From Carcharhinus longimanus (lineage: Eukaryota), in NCBI GenBank assembly GCA_030264375.1, contig JASCQW010000109.1, positions 37,466,076 through 37,530,075 of the forward strand: a stretch of 64,000 nt of DNA, in the 5' to 3' direction. The position numbers were made by a program, and so were the translations under genes. Shown here in pieces: positions 12,601 to 23,410 of this stretch (positions within the stretch are counted from its first letter, which is position 1; each line of letters begins with the position of its first letter). The notes under the pieces were generated by a model. The model saw only the letters and a list, made by a program, of their open reading frames with translations. It ran no database searches and had not been told where the DNA came from.

Positions 12601-15341
12601 TTGCTTTTTACAGTTATACTGTCTTTTGTATTAGACAGGGAAACTTGTTCTTTCTCCAGTTCAGATTCAAGTTTAAATGAAGTAGGAAGAACTTGATGCC
12701 TGAGGTTAGGGCCAGTAGGGTTAGAATCCATAGTAGGAGCATTCTCTTTGGCAATACACAATGGGCTGGTTTGTTTCGTGTTTGCCGACTGAGAGTTGTG
12801 TAGCATCTCTGGTGATTTTAACACAATAATACTATTTGGTGCATTTATTTGGCACGGGTTGTTACCTGATTGAACATAATTTGTTTTGTCTTTATATGAT
12901 GACTGTTCACTTTGCACTTCTTCGGTAGCCTGTGACATGTAATCTGCATGATTATCCTCTGAAATACATGATACATTCATAGTCTTCTTTTGCTCTGGTG
13001 CATTAATACATACGTCATGTAACATGGAGCATGGTTTCTCAGGATTCAATTCAAACGTTCTCTCTGTTAGAATTTTATTTTGGCTATCTGGATTGTTTTC
13101 ACTCCAATTTCTAAAAAGACTGGTTGCACAGCCATTGAGGATGTTTGTGTTCTTCTTCCCAGCCCAGCTTAAACCATCTTCACACTTTAAAGAACTGAAA
13201 CTGTGTTTTTGTCCCACCTTTTTATTTTCCTCACTACTTGCATCATTTAATTCACACTCATTCTTTCTGAAATTGCCTCGGATGAAATTGAAAGGTTCAG
13301 ATTTTGAAGTAGAATCTTCAGGTTGAATTTGTTGTGAAACTATAGTAGGAATGTCAAAATTTACCTTTTTCACAAAGTTAGGGGCTGAGGAGATAGCAGA
13401 GCTTGTACTCTTATCTAATTCATGTTCTATTTTGAGACCTTGCTCAAACTGCATTTTCTTGGATATTACATTTGTGATAAGGTAGGATGCAAATTTATTC
13501 TTCAACAAAGGTCCATCAGGGGTTGTTTCTTTATATAGCTGTTCACCAATACTCTCTTCATTTTTCATATCTGGGTTCTCCACATGGGCCGTGTCTTCAC
13601 AGTTTTGTAAACATTCTGAAATTTCCTCTTTATTCTCAGAATCAACTGCTGAATCAACACAGACACCGGAATTAATGGCACCTCTTGAAGTAAAGACTTT
13701 TAATTCACTTCTCTGTCGTTTTCTGAGTTCAATTTGTCGTTTTGGGACTGTTCTGCTTGTTCTCAAATCTTTGCCTTTGTCTTGAGTTTCCACAACCACC
13801 TCAACACACTCACACTGTACTCTGTCAAGTGAGTCATCAAATAACACCTTGTTGCTTTCTTCAGCCTCAGCATGTAAAGCACAAGCTGTGTTGCTACAAT
13901 CTGAGGGCTCCTCATTACTGTCAAATGCACCAGTGTAATCTAACCCAATAACGCAAGTTGACAATCTGTTTGTTTTGTGGCTTTCCTCTGACAAAGGTGA
14001 TGAAAAATCAATGCATGCATTAGAGTTATAAATGCCAAGGTAATCATCACTCGGACAGGACAAACTTCGAAAAGCCAAAGCGGTTAACTTTTGAACCTCG
14101 TAATCAGTCTCATCTAATTCACTTGCCACGCTGGATGTTTCACTCACACAATCAGTTCTTTTACCATTAACAGATGAATCATCTTTGAAACCATCTTCAG
14201 ACTTATCTTTTTGAAACATTTCTTCGGGGTCATTTAAACCAGGCTGCAGATAACACCTCGGGGATTCATGTCTATTTAATCCAATCTTCTGAATTTTGGT
14301 GAGCTGCGCTGGGCTACCTCTCTCTCCAGTTTTGCTATTCTGGGCTGTGATTGACAATTGAACCTGTTGGTCTCCATTTCCTTCACAGTTCTCGATATCT
14401 GTGCCCCTAACTGATAGATCGTACTCAATTGATTTGCTGGCTAACCCTCGGCTATATGATTTTCTATTTGTGGTTAATAAAGTATCATCAGGTACCAAAA
14501 CACCGTAGCAAAAATTCCTTTCTTCCTGAGAGCCAGAGGTAGTTTCACACTCGAAGGATTTATTTTCATCAACAATTTTTCCCATTGCTCTCTTACTATT
14601 TTTGTAATTGGAGTTAACATCAAGCTCACTCTTGTTATCTAATCTACTCTCCATCAGCTCTCTATTTAATTCACAGGCATCCCCCTCCAGATATATTCCG
14701 CACAGCTCCGTTTTGTGCTTATTCGCAAATATTTGCTCTTGCCCTTCGCAACAATAAGATTGAATTGAACTGTTCTCATTTTTAGAATAATTTGACTGGT
14801 CACTGCTTCGTTCTTTTTGTGAATCAGCTAAAATCGGGGAACTGCCGCTTTCGGAAACATCTTGATTTTCATCATAATCCGTAGGAAGTTCTTCAACGTC
14901 CTCAAATGGTCCACTGCAGTCACTGAGATTTTCCAGGTTCTCAGAGCCTGCAGCTGTATGATAGGAACCAGAAGAATCACAAGGAGTATCATCGGCCTTA
15001 GAAAATGAAGGTGATTCTGGCGATGTCTTTACAGTGGATAGGAGGTCACCATTCTCAGGTAGCTGGCCATTATTTATATAATCAGGATCTGCAAAAAATC
15101 CAATGGGAATTGTATTTACTGTAAGTCGCCTGCAGTCCTCTGTCAAAACGTGATGAACAGACTCTGTTTTTGCAGCTGTATTTTCTGAAATAAAACTTAA
15201 GTCTGCATTTGAGTTATTCGAGAGGTTATTGGACCATGTTTCAGAAATAAATATGGAGCCAACTTCAGACTCATCTCTTTGGTTACACACATTTTCTGAG
15301 GGCTTTTTTAAAAATGGAAGTTCTTCATCCAAATAATTCAT
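9630..15341 (-). CDS. PROB1: DUF4585-domain protein (PROB1/C4orf54/C10orf71 family), probable PROB1 orthologue, 1903 aa, single coding exon
   Basis: Uninterrupted 5.7-kb ORF apart from one 8-N gap at 9964-9971. Family motifs: SSVASELDETDYEVQKLTALAFRSLSCP (~14052-14135), KNKFASYLITNVISKKMQFEQ (~13440-13503), HVRDVSKLVQNTY (~12543-12581), and the DUF4585 double motif KLLIDPETGKHYFVEASVQSPRKMLLDPETGCYVEIVI (~9972-10089). PROB1 lies near DNAJC18 in the same orientation in human 5q31. The symbol rests on synteny plus motifs. Confidence 0.85.
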   Translation of the reverse strand: MNYLDEELPFLKKPSENVCNQRDESEVGSIFISETWSNNLSNNSNADLSFISENTAAKTESVHHVLTEDCRRLTVNTIPIGFFADPDYINNGQLPENGDLLSTVKTSPESPSFSKADDTPCDSSGSYHTAAGSENLENLSDCSGPFEDVEELPTDYDENQDVSESGSSPILADSQKERSSDQSNYSKNENSSIQSYCCEGQEQIFANKHKTELCGIYLEGDACELNRELMESRLDNKSELDVNSNYKNSKRAMGKIVDENKSFECETTSGSQEERNFCYGVLVPDDTLLTTNRKSYSRGLASKSIEYDLSVRGTDIENCEGNGDQQVQLSITAQNSKTGERGSPAQLTKIQKIGLNRHESPRCYLQPGLNDPEEMFQKDKSEDGFKDDSSVNGKRTDCVSETSSVASELDETDYEVQKLTALAFRSLSCPSDDYLGIYNSNACIDFSSPLSEESHKTNRLSTCVIGLDYTGAFDSNEEPSDCSNTACALHAEAEESNKVLFDDSLDRVQCECVEVVVETQDKGKDLRTSRTVPKRQIELRKRQRSELKVFTSRGAINSGVCVDSAVDSENKEEISECLQNCEDTAHVENPDMKNEESIGEQLYKETTPDGPLLKNKFASYLITNVISKKMQFEQGLKIEHELDKSTSSAISSAPNFVKKVNFDIPTIVSQQIQPEDSTSKSEPFNFIRGNFRKNECELNDASSEENKKVGQKHSFSSLKCEDGLSWAGKKNTNILNGCATSLFRNWSENNPDSQNKILTERTFELNPEKPCSMLHDVCINAPEQKKTMNVSCISEDNHADYMSQATEEVQSEQSSYKDKTNYVQSGNNPCQINAPNSIIVLKSPEMLHNSQSANTKQTSPLCIAKENAPTMDSNPTGPNLRHQVLPTSFKLESELEKEQVSLSNTKDSITVKSKTDDPPSHVRDVSKLVQNTYSGLTFCNVKAKSEVPEEIHNPSSLEQSLPATQHKLSPIFIQCQSISRKADKGDSNDDTVDEKYCTCTGSSGISRIFSSNFQLPIPFNKQKNKTITAKRIDCKICPVKEDESDANGHLTCIANKVTPERKIQALLISNNQESKLSIMKVQVGAEHQKNHLTNFVLNSEIADLVLGKGEQNNEFQVGLENINNRLSGSTTTTEDTEKSLSKMEPTGNIKSELENELSTKSNSSKEEISIVFDTDEPRGEIPETTQNKTTLLMNSSLNKNVDSSQRKAEPKTGVQSKMEIQNNQLGIFNNDDDHVELSNEKSYLQNDFQVNLKNQNEPFHNSNTGNEDVDVSLWKNDPNKDFKIRLENENKCLSKSTTNDEETQKLRRKGTHKKEIQFRLEKQNKILENLTLEDEEATLSLEKHEMESELQVGLEDQNKMFESSTLNVGSASLLLDDPKGQIELAQDNQSTLVLKTKDTNILPDINKHKNEMQIGRQEENESLHDSSTNCKLSPLINNLNGEIHNVTEGQNNLLNSCMQNKKEFNIEYDTRKDTDKSEMIPTTGKVGITFISELQPFKDNKISMVSEEGGQSVTKDCSESRDNKVVDTQVQLPNDINLIPVKTTESCAASVESSNCLETIKISSQNSLQETETENVHGKSAFSADIHNTIVNKLQATQASLNFTNTKMTLLDSINPDIKLSTKTIGDQTKQQSLETKTIPVSKASVQEKASVPDPLSYLTIPIGEHTLQAPPQIQIPASLHPGIPKLDHCSTTTSPHQQNWETLDPQKQEQQTFSLTRQIPSVVEKCYKIPESPHFMANPQFPCFQYSLMDKKLLIDPETGKHYFVEASVQSPRKMLLDPETGCYVEIVIXXXTYCASPFSPFVLYPNALRPTYIPRMQFSNLFSPPLVTHSDPTPESPEVRIQSNLNGTTDKQDHKNNTQKNKLAEPNHMESPYYIPTDMPVNPIPALTSMQVISTHTQTLP

Positions 15342-15526
15342 TTTCTCAGTCCTATATGGATACGTTATTATAAATGCCCCTATAAAAGTTTCAAATTAAC
15401 ATATCTCTAAGCTTATTTTAGCGAGAAATGTTGCCAGTAGAAAAAGATGATTCTTTATCTGTGATCCAATCACTAGGCTGGGTACTTCGGTGCTTTCTCC
15501 CACCTACCCTCAAGCCATTCAGGATT
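15342..15526 (-). other. 5'UTR part of the large PROB1-like exon
   Basis: Strong acceptor TGTTTTTTTTCCAG| (AG at 15528-15527) 185 nt upstream of the ATG. Confidence 0.5.
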
Positions 15527-15724
15527 CTGGAAAAAAAACATAATTCATTATAGCAAGCATGAAATTAAGCAAAACTGTTGCAAGTATAATAAATGAACAG
15601 GTGCTGAGTAGGACAGAGCCTGAATATTAAGGAACAGGGAGACATGCTACTAAAGCTTTGCATTTTGTACTTACCAAGACAAACACAAAGTCACAACAAT
15701 TTATATAACAGGAGAAAAGAAAGG

Positions 15725-16070
15725 TAAAAGCAAAATATCGGGGATGCTGGAACATGAAACAAAAACTCTTTTCCAAGTGCTGGAAAATCTCTGTAGGTCT
15801 AACAGCATCTGTAGAGAGGGGGCAGAGCCAACGTTGCAAATTAGGACAGCCCATCGCCAGAGTTAAAGACAAGGAAAATCAGCAAGATTTATATCAGTGA
15901 AGGTGAGGGGGTGAAATTGATAAGGATGATATTGACAATAAAGCCAAAGGTAATGTAAATGGTGTTGATACAGGCTGAGAATTGTGCTAAAAGCGCCCGT
16001 TAAGAGATTGTAATGTGTAAATGGCAAGTGAACTAAGATGCAGAGTGTAGGAATGTGGCAGTGGCCCTAA
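15725..16070. mobile_element. Penelope-like element terminal remnant
   Basis: GCAAAATATCGGGATGCTGGAA...GTGCTGGAAAATCTC...ACAGCATCTGTAGAGAG. The same terminal motif recurs at about 16352, 23455, 26390 and 42920. Confidence 0.5.
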
Positions 16071-16351
16071 TGGTGAAATGAAAAAAAAATGGGGCTATGA
16101 AATATACTGAAATATCAGGAGTACAGAACTGGTAGAGCCGGATGTTACAGAGAAAGACAGGGTCACGAGAATGGATGGACCTGAAAACAAGGATGAGAAT
16201 TTTGAAATTGAGACTTTACCAGACAAGGCGTCATAATGATAAGCTCAGGGGTGGTCGATGAGTGGGACATTAAATTATAGGCAGCAGAATATATGAACTC
16301 AAGTTTACAGAGGATACTACATTGGGAGGGTGGTGACTAGGCAAGTGTTAG

Positions 16352-16705
16352 ACAAACAAGGACAGAGGTTGCTGGAAAAACTCAGCAGGTCTGGCAGCAG
16401 TTATCAGGAGAGAAACAGATTTCATGCTTTGAGTCACTGGACGGAATTTTTCCCCCTTTCCACGACGTGTTTCACAGTGGCAGGAGGCAGCTCACCACTT
16501 GCTGGTGGCAGAGTCTTATGGTCCTACTGTTGACAACATGCTACTAAACCCATCCATCACCACCAGGAACCAGTGGCGGTTGTCGTCCTCGATGGGACAT
16601 TAAGCTTCTGCCGGGTGAAAGACAACAAGATTTTGACAGTAGACTTTTCACCTTATGCTGGGATACCTGCTGAATTTTTCCAGCATTCTCTGTTCTTTTT
16701 TCTTC
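16352..16705. repeat. Inverted pair of Penelope-type termini enclosing a small MITE
   Basis: ACAGAGGTTGCTGGAAAAACTCAGCAGGT (~16362) is complementary to ACCTGCTGAATTTTTCCAGCATTCTCTGT (~16665). The inner 16440-16635 resembles the MITE at 58895-59075. Confidence 0.55.
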
Positions 16706-17720
16706 ATTTTAGAATTTTGGATGATTAGAATGCAAGGGAACAAACCTGAATTTTTTTGTGACACAAAATAATGAGCAAATTTTCACAAGACTGCAGGACA
16801 ACATGCACCAGGAATTTCCTTGGAGCTTTTCCCATTCCACCACAAGAACTTCAGCCATTAAGCTCTGCTTACCCTTTGTGTCCACTGGGATATCTTGGTT
16901 GGCTGCTTTCATCCATAGCACGATTACCTACAGGTCACAGAGAAAGTTTATATCCAACACTCCCACTGATTTGGAGGCATCTCTTCCTGATTTGAACCAA
17001 TGTCAGTGTGCTATTTTAGCATTTCTCCACCAGTAGTCCTTCAGTACTAGAAATAGCCCTTGCCAAACATTCATGCCCACATATTTCAGTCAAGACGAGC
17101 CAGTGAGTAAAGAATGTTTCGCGCTGGCATCACAATGCCTCGCCCAGCCTGGCACATATCTGAAAATTGCAACTAACACACTTAGAATTGTTCCTTTCAT
17201 AAAGCACCAACTTTAAAACTGATAAATTAAAATGCAAACATGCCAATGTTTAATGTTTACATTAATTGAATAGTGCATTTCTGTTTTTTGCCTTTACTGT
17301 CTAGTTCAATGTATCTATAAAAAACATGTTAGATGTCAAATAAAGACAACTAATTCCAGACCAAATAAATGTTGCGTTCAATTGTTTAAACCTTTGTGTT
17401 TATCATTGCATGTAAACATACAAGTGATTCAGTAGTGGAGAAACCAATATGATGCTATTTATAATCTTTCTTCCCATAGAGAAGCTCAGAATTTGTATTC
17501 AAACCCAGATAACTTGAACAACACGTAAGTCAGAGATAATGTTATACAACATAATTTTGATACATTTAGAATTGTATTCCTGTTTGTACAAGTTTTATTG
17601 ACACCATAATCTATGCTAGTAGGAGTAAAAATTGATACAGACACTGGGTTTAATTAATCCACCATTAATACAATGTGAAATCATTTATAAAGGCTGCAAT
17701 CAAGTGCATTTTTTTTTTAC

Positions 17721-17890
17721 CTGGTATACAGGCATTGGCAATTAGCTTCAAAGTTAGATGGAAAAGCTGAGCATGCACATCCTTAACTGATGAATCCAAG
17801 AAACATTTTCAGTTTTCAGTTAGAATCCCTCCAGTCTGGTCAGAGGAGTCGATGGTGTCAGCAGCCATCCACTTTGAGACTGAGGCTGTC
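17721..17890 (-). other. Candidate non-coding first exon of the PROB1-like gene
   Basis: Donor CAG|GTAAAA at 17721/17720. TATA/MEF2-like CTAAAATTATAAC at ~17918-17930 lies about 30 nt upstream of the inferred start, in unique non-repeat sequence. The 5' end is inferred. Confidence 0.35.
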
Positions 17891-19204
17891 ACAAGCCCAG
17901 CAGGTCAAAGGCTCCATGTTATAATTTTAGTGGAGGAAGCATGCCAACCCTTGACTTACAGCCAACACAAATGAGCATGCATCCAGTACTTAATTCCTGT
18001 ACCATAGGGCTTGAAGTTACGTATAATCAAAATACTGTTCTTCATGTTAGAATTGCTAATCTGTTATTATAATGTATCCTGAAATGGCTGTGACACCAAT
18101 GAAATATGTAGCCAAATCTTCTGCATTATTGTTACGACAAATTCTAAATACATATTAAATAAAAATATATATGTTCAATATAGATATTAATCTTTCCAAG
18201 TACCAATAATTTGTGTTAAACTGACAGTTTTTACTTCTGGTTGTGCTCTGAATGAATCTGTCCTTTTCTGTAGCTAGGTGAAGAGTTATAGTTAGAAGCA
18301 AGAGTCAAACCCACACACACACAACAGAATATGAAACCTTCTGCTGGATTCATCATGTGGACAGCTAAATTTACCCTCAGCTAGAATGACAACCATGAGC
18401 AAATGCTGTTTAAAGTAATTGAGAAATGTTAAAATCACACTTCAAGAATAGGTGCTTGTTATTGTTTTGTAGGCTTAAAGAGTTTATTTAAAGAACTTAT
18501 GTTATTTTTCCATGTTAACAATCTGCAACAGTATTAATGTACATACAATCAGTCAATTATTCACAATAGTTCAAAACACTTCAAAAGATTAATAGTTTAT
18601 TTCAGAAATCAGACTCATAAATAACCTACCATACTGAAACTTGTTTATTTCTCTCAACAGCTTACAGAAACATAAGAAATAGAGGAAATAGATGCAGGAA
18701 GATCATGCTTTATTGAATGTAAAATTGGGACACAACAACTTATTCAGGAATTCAGAAACCGGGGACAAGGATCTCATTTCTGATGACTATTCATTGATCT
18801 GTGTTACAAATGACCTGAGAGTGGGCATCGGATGAGGACAGGATTGGGTTCACCGGTGACGCTCCCGAGACTTACCGTCTAAGATCACACACAAGGAGTA
18901 GCCCTTGAGTGTGTTACTTGAGGACTGCCAGAACTTTTGGGACCTTATCCCAGCTATGGTCAGCAACATCAGGTAGGAGAAAGGAAAAAAGTAAATAACT
19001 GGCTTTTTGTGCTAATGGATAACACATACCAATCGTCATCACCAAGCCATAGCCCCCCAAAAAATCAAAGGCATCTGTCTCCATTAGGGAGAGAGAATTT
19101 TGTCAACTCATGGCTTGAGGAGTGCTATTTAACAAGCTTGAGGCAAAGCAAAGACACCAAGTGTGAAGATTGAACCCTAGCATTGGTGTTAGTCTGCTTC
19201 ACAA

Positions 19205-19445
19205 AGAAAGAACAAACAACAGTGCAGCACAGAAACAGGCCCTTTGGCTCGCTAAGTCTGTGCTGACACAGAAACTTCTCTAATAATTTTTGCCTCTATG
19301 TGGTCCATATCCTTCTATTCCCTACCTATTAAAGTATCTATCCAGATGCCCTTTGAACGTTGTTATAGAATCTGCTTCCACCATGTCCTCTGGAGGCACA
19401 TTCCAGGCATTCACCACCCGCTGTGTGAAAAACTTGCCCCTTACA
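19205..19445 (-). mobile_element. CR1/HER1 LINE 3' end
   Basis: Minus strand reads FFTQRVVNAWNVPPEDMVEADSITTFKGHLDRY, followed by the HER1-type 3'UTR. Confidence 0.8.
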
Positions 19446-20179
19446 TTACACTCTAGTCAACTGAGCTAACTTACCCTTCTCCCACCTTGGCACGGACAAA
19501 TAAATTAGAGATTTATTCCTGGCTGGAAATTACTTCATAGCCTCTCTTCAGCACATAATTATTTAGTTTCTGATGGAACTATGCTGATTCTTTCTATTGA
19601 CGATGAAGATTTGCAAAAATGAACTTTTTCTTCATTAAGTACAATAAAATTGAAGACTTTTCCACTTCAGTATTACTCTAAGCTGTTCTGCAATTAAGAT
19701 TCAACAAAACGTACTGTACTTTATTTATGATCGTTATAAATTTTGTTCAGTTTTCAACTCAAGTGTTATTATGTGAGGTGCAACTGAATACAGAAACACA
19801 CTGTAACTGATAGTTAATTGAAGTATTGAAGCTGGTTTGTCCATCAATGGAGTATCATTGTCTTCACAAGCTAGGGTTGTTATCATCCCTTACTTATTGT
19901 CCTCAGTGTACAGGAGTCATGCCAACTTGCAACTGAGGGAACAGTCTGGATTAGATTCCTACCCGACTCCCATCTTTCTTATGAGTTTTGCAACATCAGA
20001 ACTGCTGAGATCTTTTTAAATGAGGTAATACCACAGCCAATCTATCTTTATCTGTGGCTCAAAGCCGAGGTTAGAGCCACTGGAAAATATTCATTACATC
20101 ATTTAGACCTTTTTGATGAAGTGATGTTGCTACTGATAGTCTAGTCTTGACTTAGCCAGCAAACCTCTTGTTTCTTCTA

Positions 20180-20395
20180 CATCAGAAGGTTATGGTTTCA
20201 AGTCCCACTCCAGAGATTTGAGTACATAATCTCTAATCTGATTCTTCTGTGCAGTGTTGGGAGGTGCTATAGTTATGAAGTGCTATATCTTCGATGATGC
20301 ATTAAACCAATGTCCTCCCTATCCTTCCAGATAAAAATTTAATAAAGGAGCTGGATCTCCCTGTTGTGCTGGCCAATAACTATTTAGCAGCAAAC
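20180..20395 (+). mobile_element. Deu-domain SINE (SacSINE1-like)
   Basis: CAGAAGGTTATGGTTTCAAGTCCCACTCCAGAGATTTGAG (B-box region), then Deu-like GTGCAGTGTTGGGAGGTGCT...GATGATGCATTAAACC. Confidence 0.65.
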
Positions 20396-20399
20396 TTCA

Positions 20400-20730
20400 G
20401 CAAAATTCTCTCATTGGGAGAGGAGCAGGGGAGTCTCGATCAAGGAGGCATAGCTACAAGATAAAGTGTCAGTCATTTAAAACTGAGGTGCATAGGAATT
20501 TCTTCTGGCAGAAGATGGTGAATCTCTGGAATTCTCTGCTCCAAAAGCTGGTGGAGGTTGGATTATTGCAAGTATTCAAAATGGAGGTGGATAAATATTT
20601 GATAGATCAAAAAATAGAGAGCTATGGGGAACTGGCACAAAAAAGGAATTTAGGCTGGCACAGATCAGCCATGATTGTATTTAATGGTGGGACAGGCTTG
20701 AAGGGCCTGGTGACCTAATTCTGTTTCTGT
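20400..20730 (+). mobile_element. CR1 LINE 3' end
   Basis: Encodes RNFFWQKMVNLWNSLLQKLVEVGLLQVFKMEVDKYL plus the tail GATCAGCCATGAT...GGCTTGAAGGG. Closely related copy at 55590-55982. Confidence 0.85.
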
Positions 20731-20888
20731 TTGGTCTGGCCGATACATGACTTCACATCCACAGCAATTTGATTAGCTTTTAACTTCTTCCTCTAGGGCA
20801 ATTTCTGGCTCAGCCAGAAATGCCTACATCCCATGAACAAATATTTTAAAAAAAATGTTGGTTATAAGAGCATTCCGTGCACATATAA

Positions 20889-22190
20889 GCCTGAATTTTT
20901 TGGAGAGCTTCTCAATCATTATGAAAGAGGCAGCAGAGGCCTGAACCTGCAAGTCCTGCTCCTGAACACATCACCTATCATTTTCATGGGGTGGAGGTGG
21001 AGGGGTGAATGGAGTCTGGTTGTAATGTGCGCATCTGTGGTTCATGGAGGCAGCAACAATGCTGAAGTATAACTATCTCAGTCAGATTTGATTTTCACTG
21101 GTTGTATGTTCAAAACATGCCTCGAGAATTTTAGACCTGGTAGGAGAATGTCTAAAGCTGCTGGAGTTCTTTGGTGAGCTAAGGTATTCTTTTGGGAGGT
21201 AAGATACCCTTTAGGTTCCTGGGATACTGTCAGGCTCCCTTTAGGAGAAGTAAGGTGCACTTTTGAATTGTTAAAATCATACATAAATGTGTGATTGAAA
21301 TGCTTAAATGTGTTGAACCTGACAAGCTCATTGGAAGTGTCAAATGGAACAATCAAAAGGAGTTGTAAACATAATCTGTCAATAGAACTGTCAAAAAGAA
21401 CGGTCAATAAATCTGTAAAAAGGAGATGTTAAAAGCAGGTGTCAAAATGAGCTGTCAAGCTATCAAAGCATTTAAAACTCTTATCCTTTAAAGAGCTGGG
21501 GGAAAACCATTTGCAGTATTAAAAAAAGTGCTTGTTATTTCACTCTGTCTGCTGACATAAGCCTGAGGATTAGCATTAGAGGATTAGTGCCGCATGACTG
21601 ATTTCACAACTGTACAATCTCCTAATGAGATGCCTGTCATTCCAGCTCGTTTGACAGCTCCAAATGATTGCAAAATCTTTGATGTGAAATTATGGATGCA
21701 ATGCTTGTTTTTGTAAGAGTTAAAGAAAGTTAAATATAGTGAATGAATTATATCAATGGCACTATTTTTATAAGGAACTTTTCAAAAGAAAATCAAGAAC
21801 TTTATTTTATATCACCTCAGCATTGCTCCTGAAGTTTTCCCTTGGTGGATACGTGGTACATGTATGGGCTTCTGGGTGGGGAATGTGTTGGCCCTAACTT
21901 GGCACATGGGCTGTAAAGGGGCATGGAATTTGGTGGGAGACATGGGTTGGCACTAAGTTGGCACAGGGGCAGTAGAGGAGCATGAGGGTGGGTGAGGTCA
22001 TAGGTTGGCATGGAGAGTATGAGGAGACAGTGGTTGCCCACCATGACTCCCATTTTCACCTTTATTGCCTAATCCCCTGTGCCCCCAACCTTTACACTGT
22101 CACAAATCCAAACTTTCAGGGCACATTTTTCCTGGGTTGGGTTGGAATTATCCTGACTCTGCACTCCCAGCCGAGGAGCAAGAATTCAGA
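20889..22190. mobile_element. Non-autonomous TIR (Harbinger-like) element
   Basis: Inverted termini CTGAATT (~20891) and AATTCAG (~22183), with internal TGTCAA repeats and a GGCATGG-rich block. Confidence 0.4.
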
Positions 22191-22759
22191 CAATTGTCTC
22201 TTATGTTTCCTACAACATTTCCTACTATCTGTTGCTAGATTTGATCGTTAAATACCTTTAACATTTCTAACACTGCCACACCAGATATAATCTCTATTTT
22301 TTACATAATTATGAAAGTTAGATTTAACTCGATGAGCTGCTCCCTGATCAAAGTTTTGGGGTCTAAAGTTTTAGAAAATATACAAAGCTGGCTAAGGGAA
22401 GCTGGTGGTAGCAGGAATGATCCATCTCCACCTGCCTCCATAACATCCTGATCTCAGAAAAACTACAGCTTTTCAGAAGACATCGCTGTCGACAAGGGAG
22501 GGCCTACAATCCATCTTCCCATCTACATGGATGATGGAAATAATTACTATAATTAAAGGATAGTTGTAAAATAAACTATTGGCTAGTTAGCAGCTTAATG
22601 ATGCATTTATCGAACAACATAATTTGACCAAGTTAATTACTGTGTTTCGAAAGGGAGAAATGTGAAACAGCTATTAAGATTTTACTTCTAGCTAAAGTTA
22701 ACTTCAACAGAAATGAGATGCAAACCCTCCGTACACAGTAACCTGGCCAATCTGTTAAC

Positions 22760-23410
22760 AGTTAAGTTGACTAAAGATCAGTGGGAGGTGTTCAGAAAAT
22801 AATTTAATATAACACAGAACAAGTTTATATCCCTGAGGGGACAAGAGATCTATTTCCCAAATTGGTCACCCGTGGGGCGCAAAAGAGGTAAGGAAGAACA
22901 TTTAGAATAAAATTAACAGCAAACAGAATGTAACAAATAGTATATAAGATGGTAACTGAGCAGGATTGGGGATAAAACAACATGTAACAAAATAATTAGA
23001 GCAACCAAAAGAGAGTTAGAAAGAAACGTGCAAAAAAGTCATTAAAAACAGCTCAACCACTTTTTTGTACAAATATACTGGGAAAAAGGATGATCATCTG
23101 AAGTACTTAAACTCCTAGAAAACTGATAATGCTGATATTATCCAAGAAAATACAAAAATGGCAGAGAGACTGAAAAACTACTTTGCGTCAGTATTTGCAG
23201 TAGAGGAAGAGATCCGCATACCAGACATCCCAAAGAACCAATACTGAATCAAGGGTAGGTTTTCACCAAAATGTGTACAAGCAAAACAAAGATAATAAAG
23301 AAAATAGTTTGAAAGAGGGACAAGTCACCAGATGGCTTCCCTCCAGGTTTTAAGTAGGTGAGAAACATTAACAATAATCCTCCAAAGTTCTCTCAATTCA
23401 CAAACCTGAC
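22760..23410 (+). mobile_element. Decayed CR1 ORF2 (endonuclease-RT linker)
   Basis: Reads MAERLKNYFASVFAVEE, with a DKSPDG remnant downstream. Many stops. Confidence 0.7.

Noticed and set aside
9784-13951. Several plus-strand ORFs overlapping the 1903-aa ORF
   Set aside because: Antisense shadows of the real coding exon, mostly in one register, with no independent motifs.
17785-17805. CTGATGAATCCAAGAAAC minimal hammerhead-like word
   Set aside because: No stem II closing pair and no convincing stems I or III.
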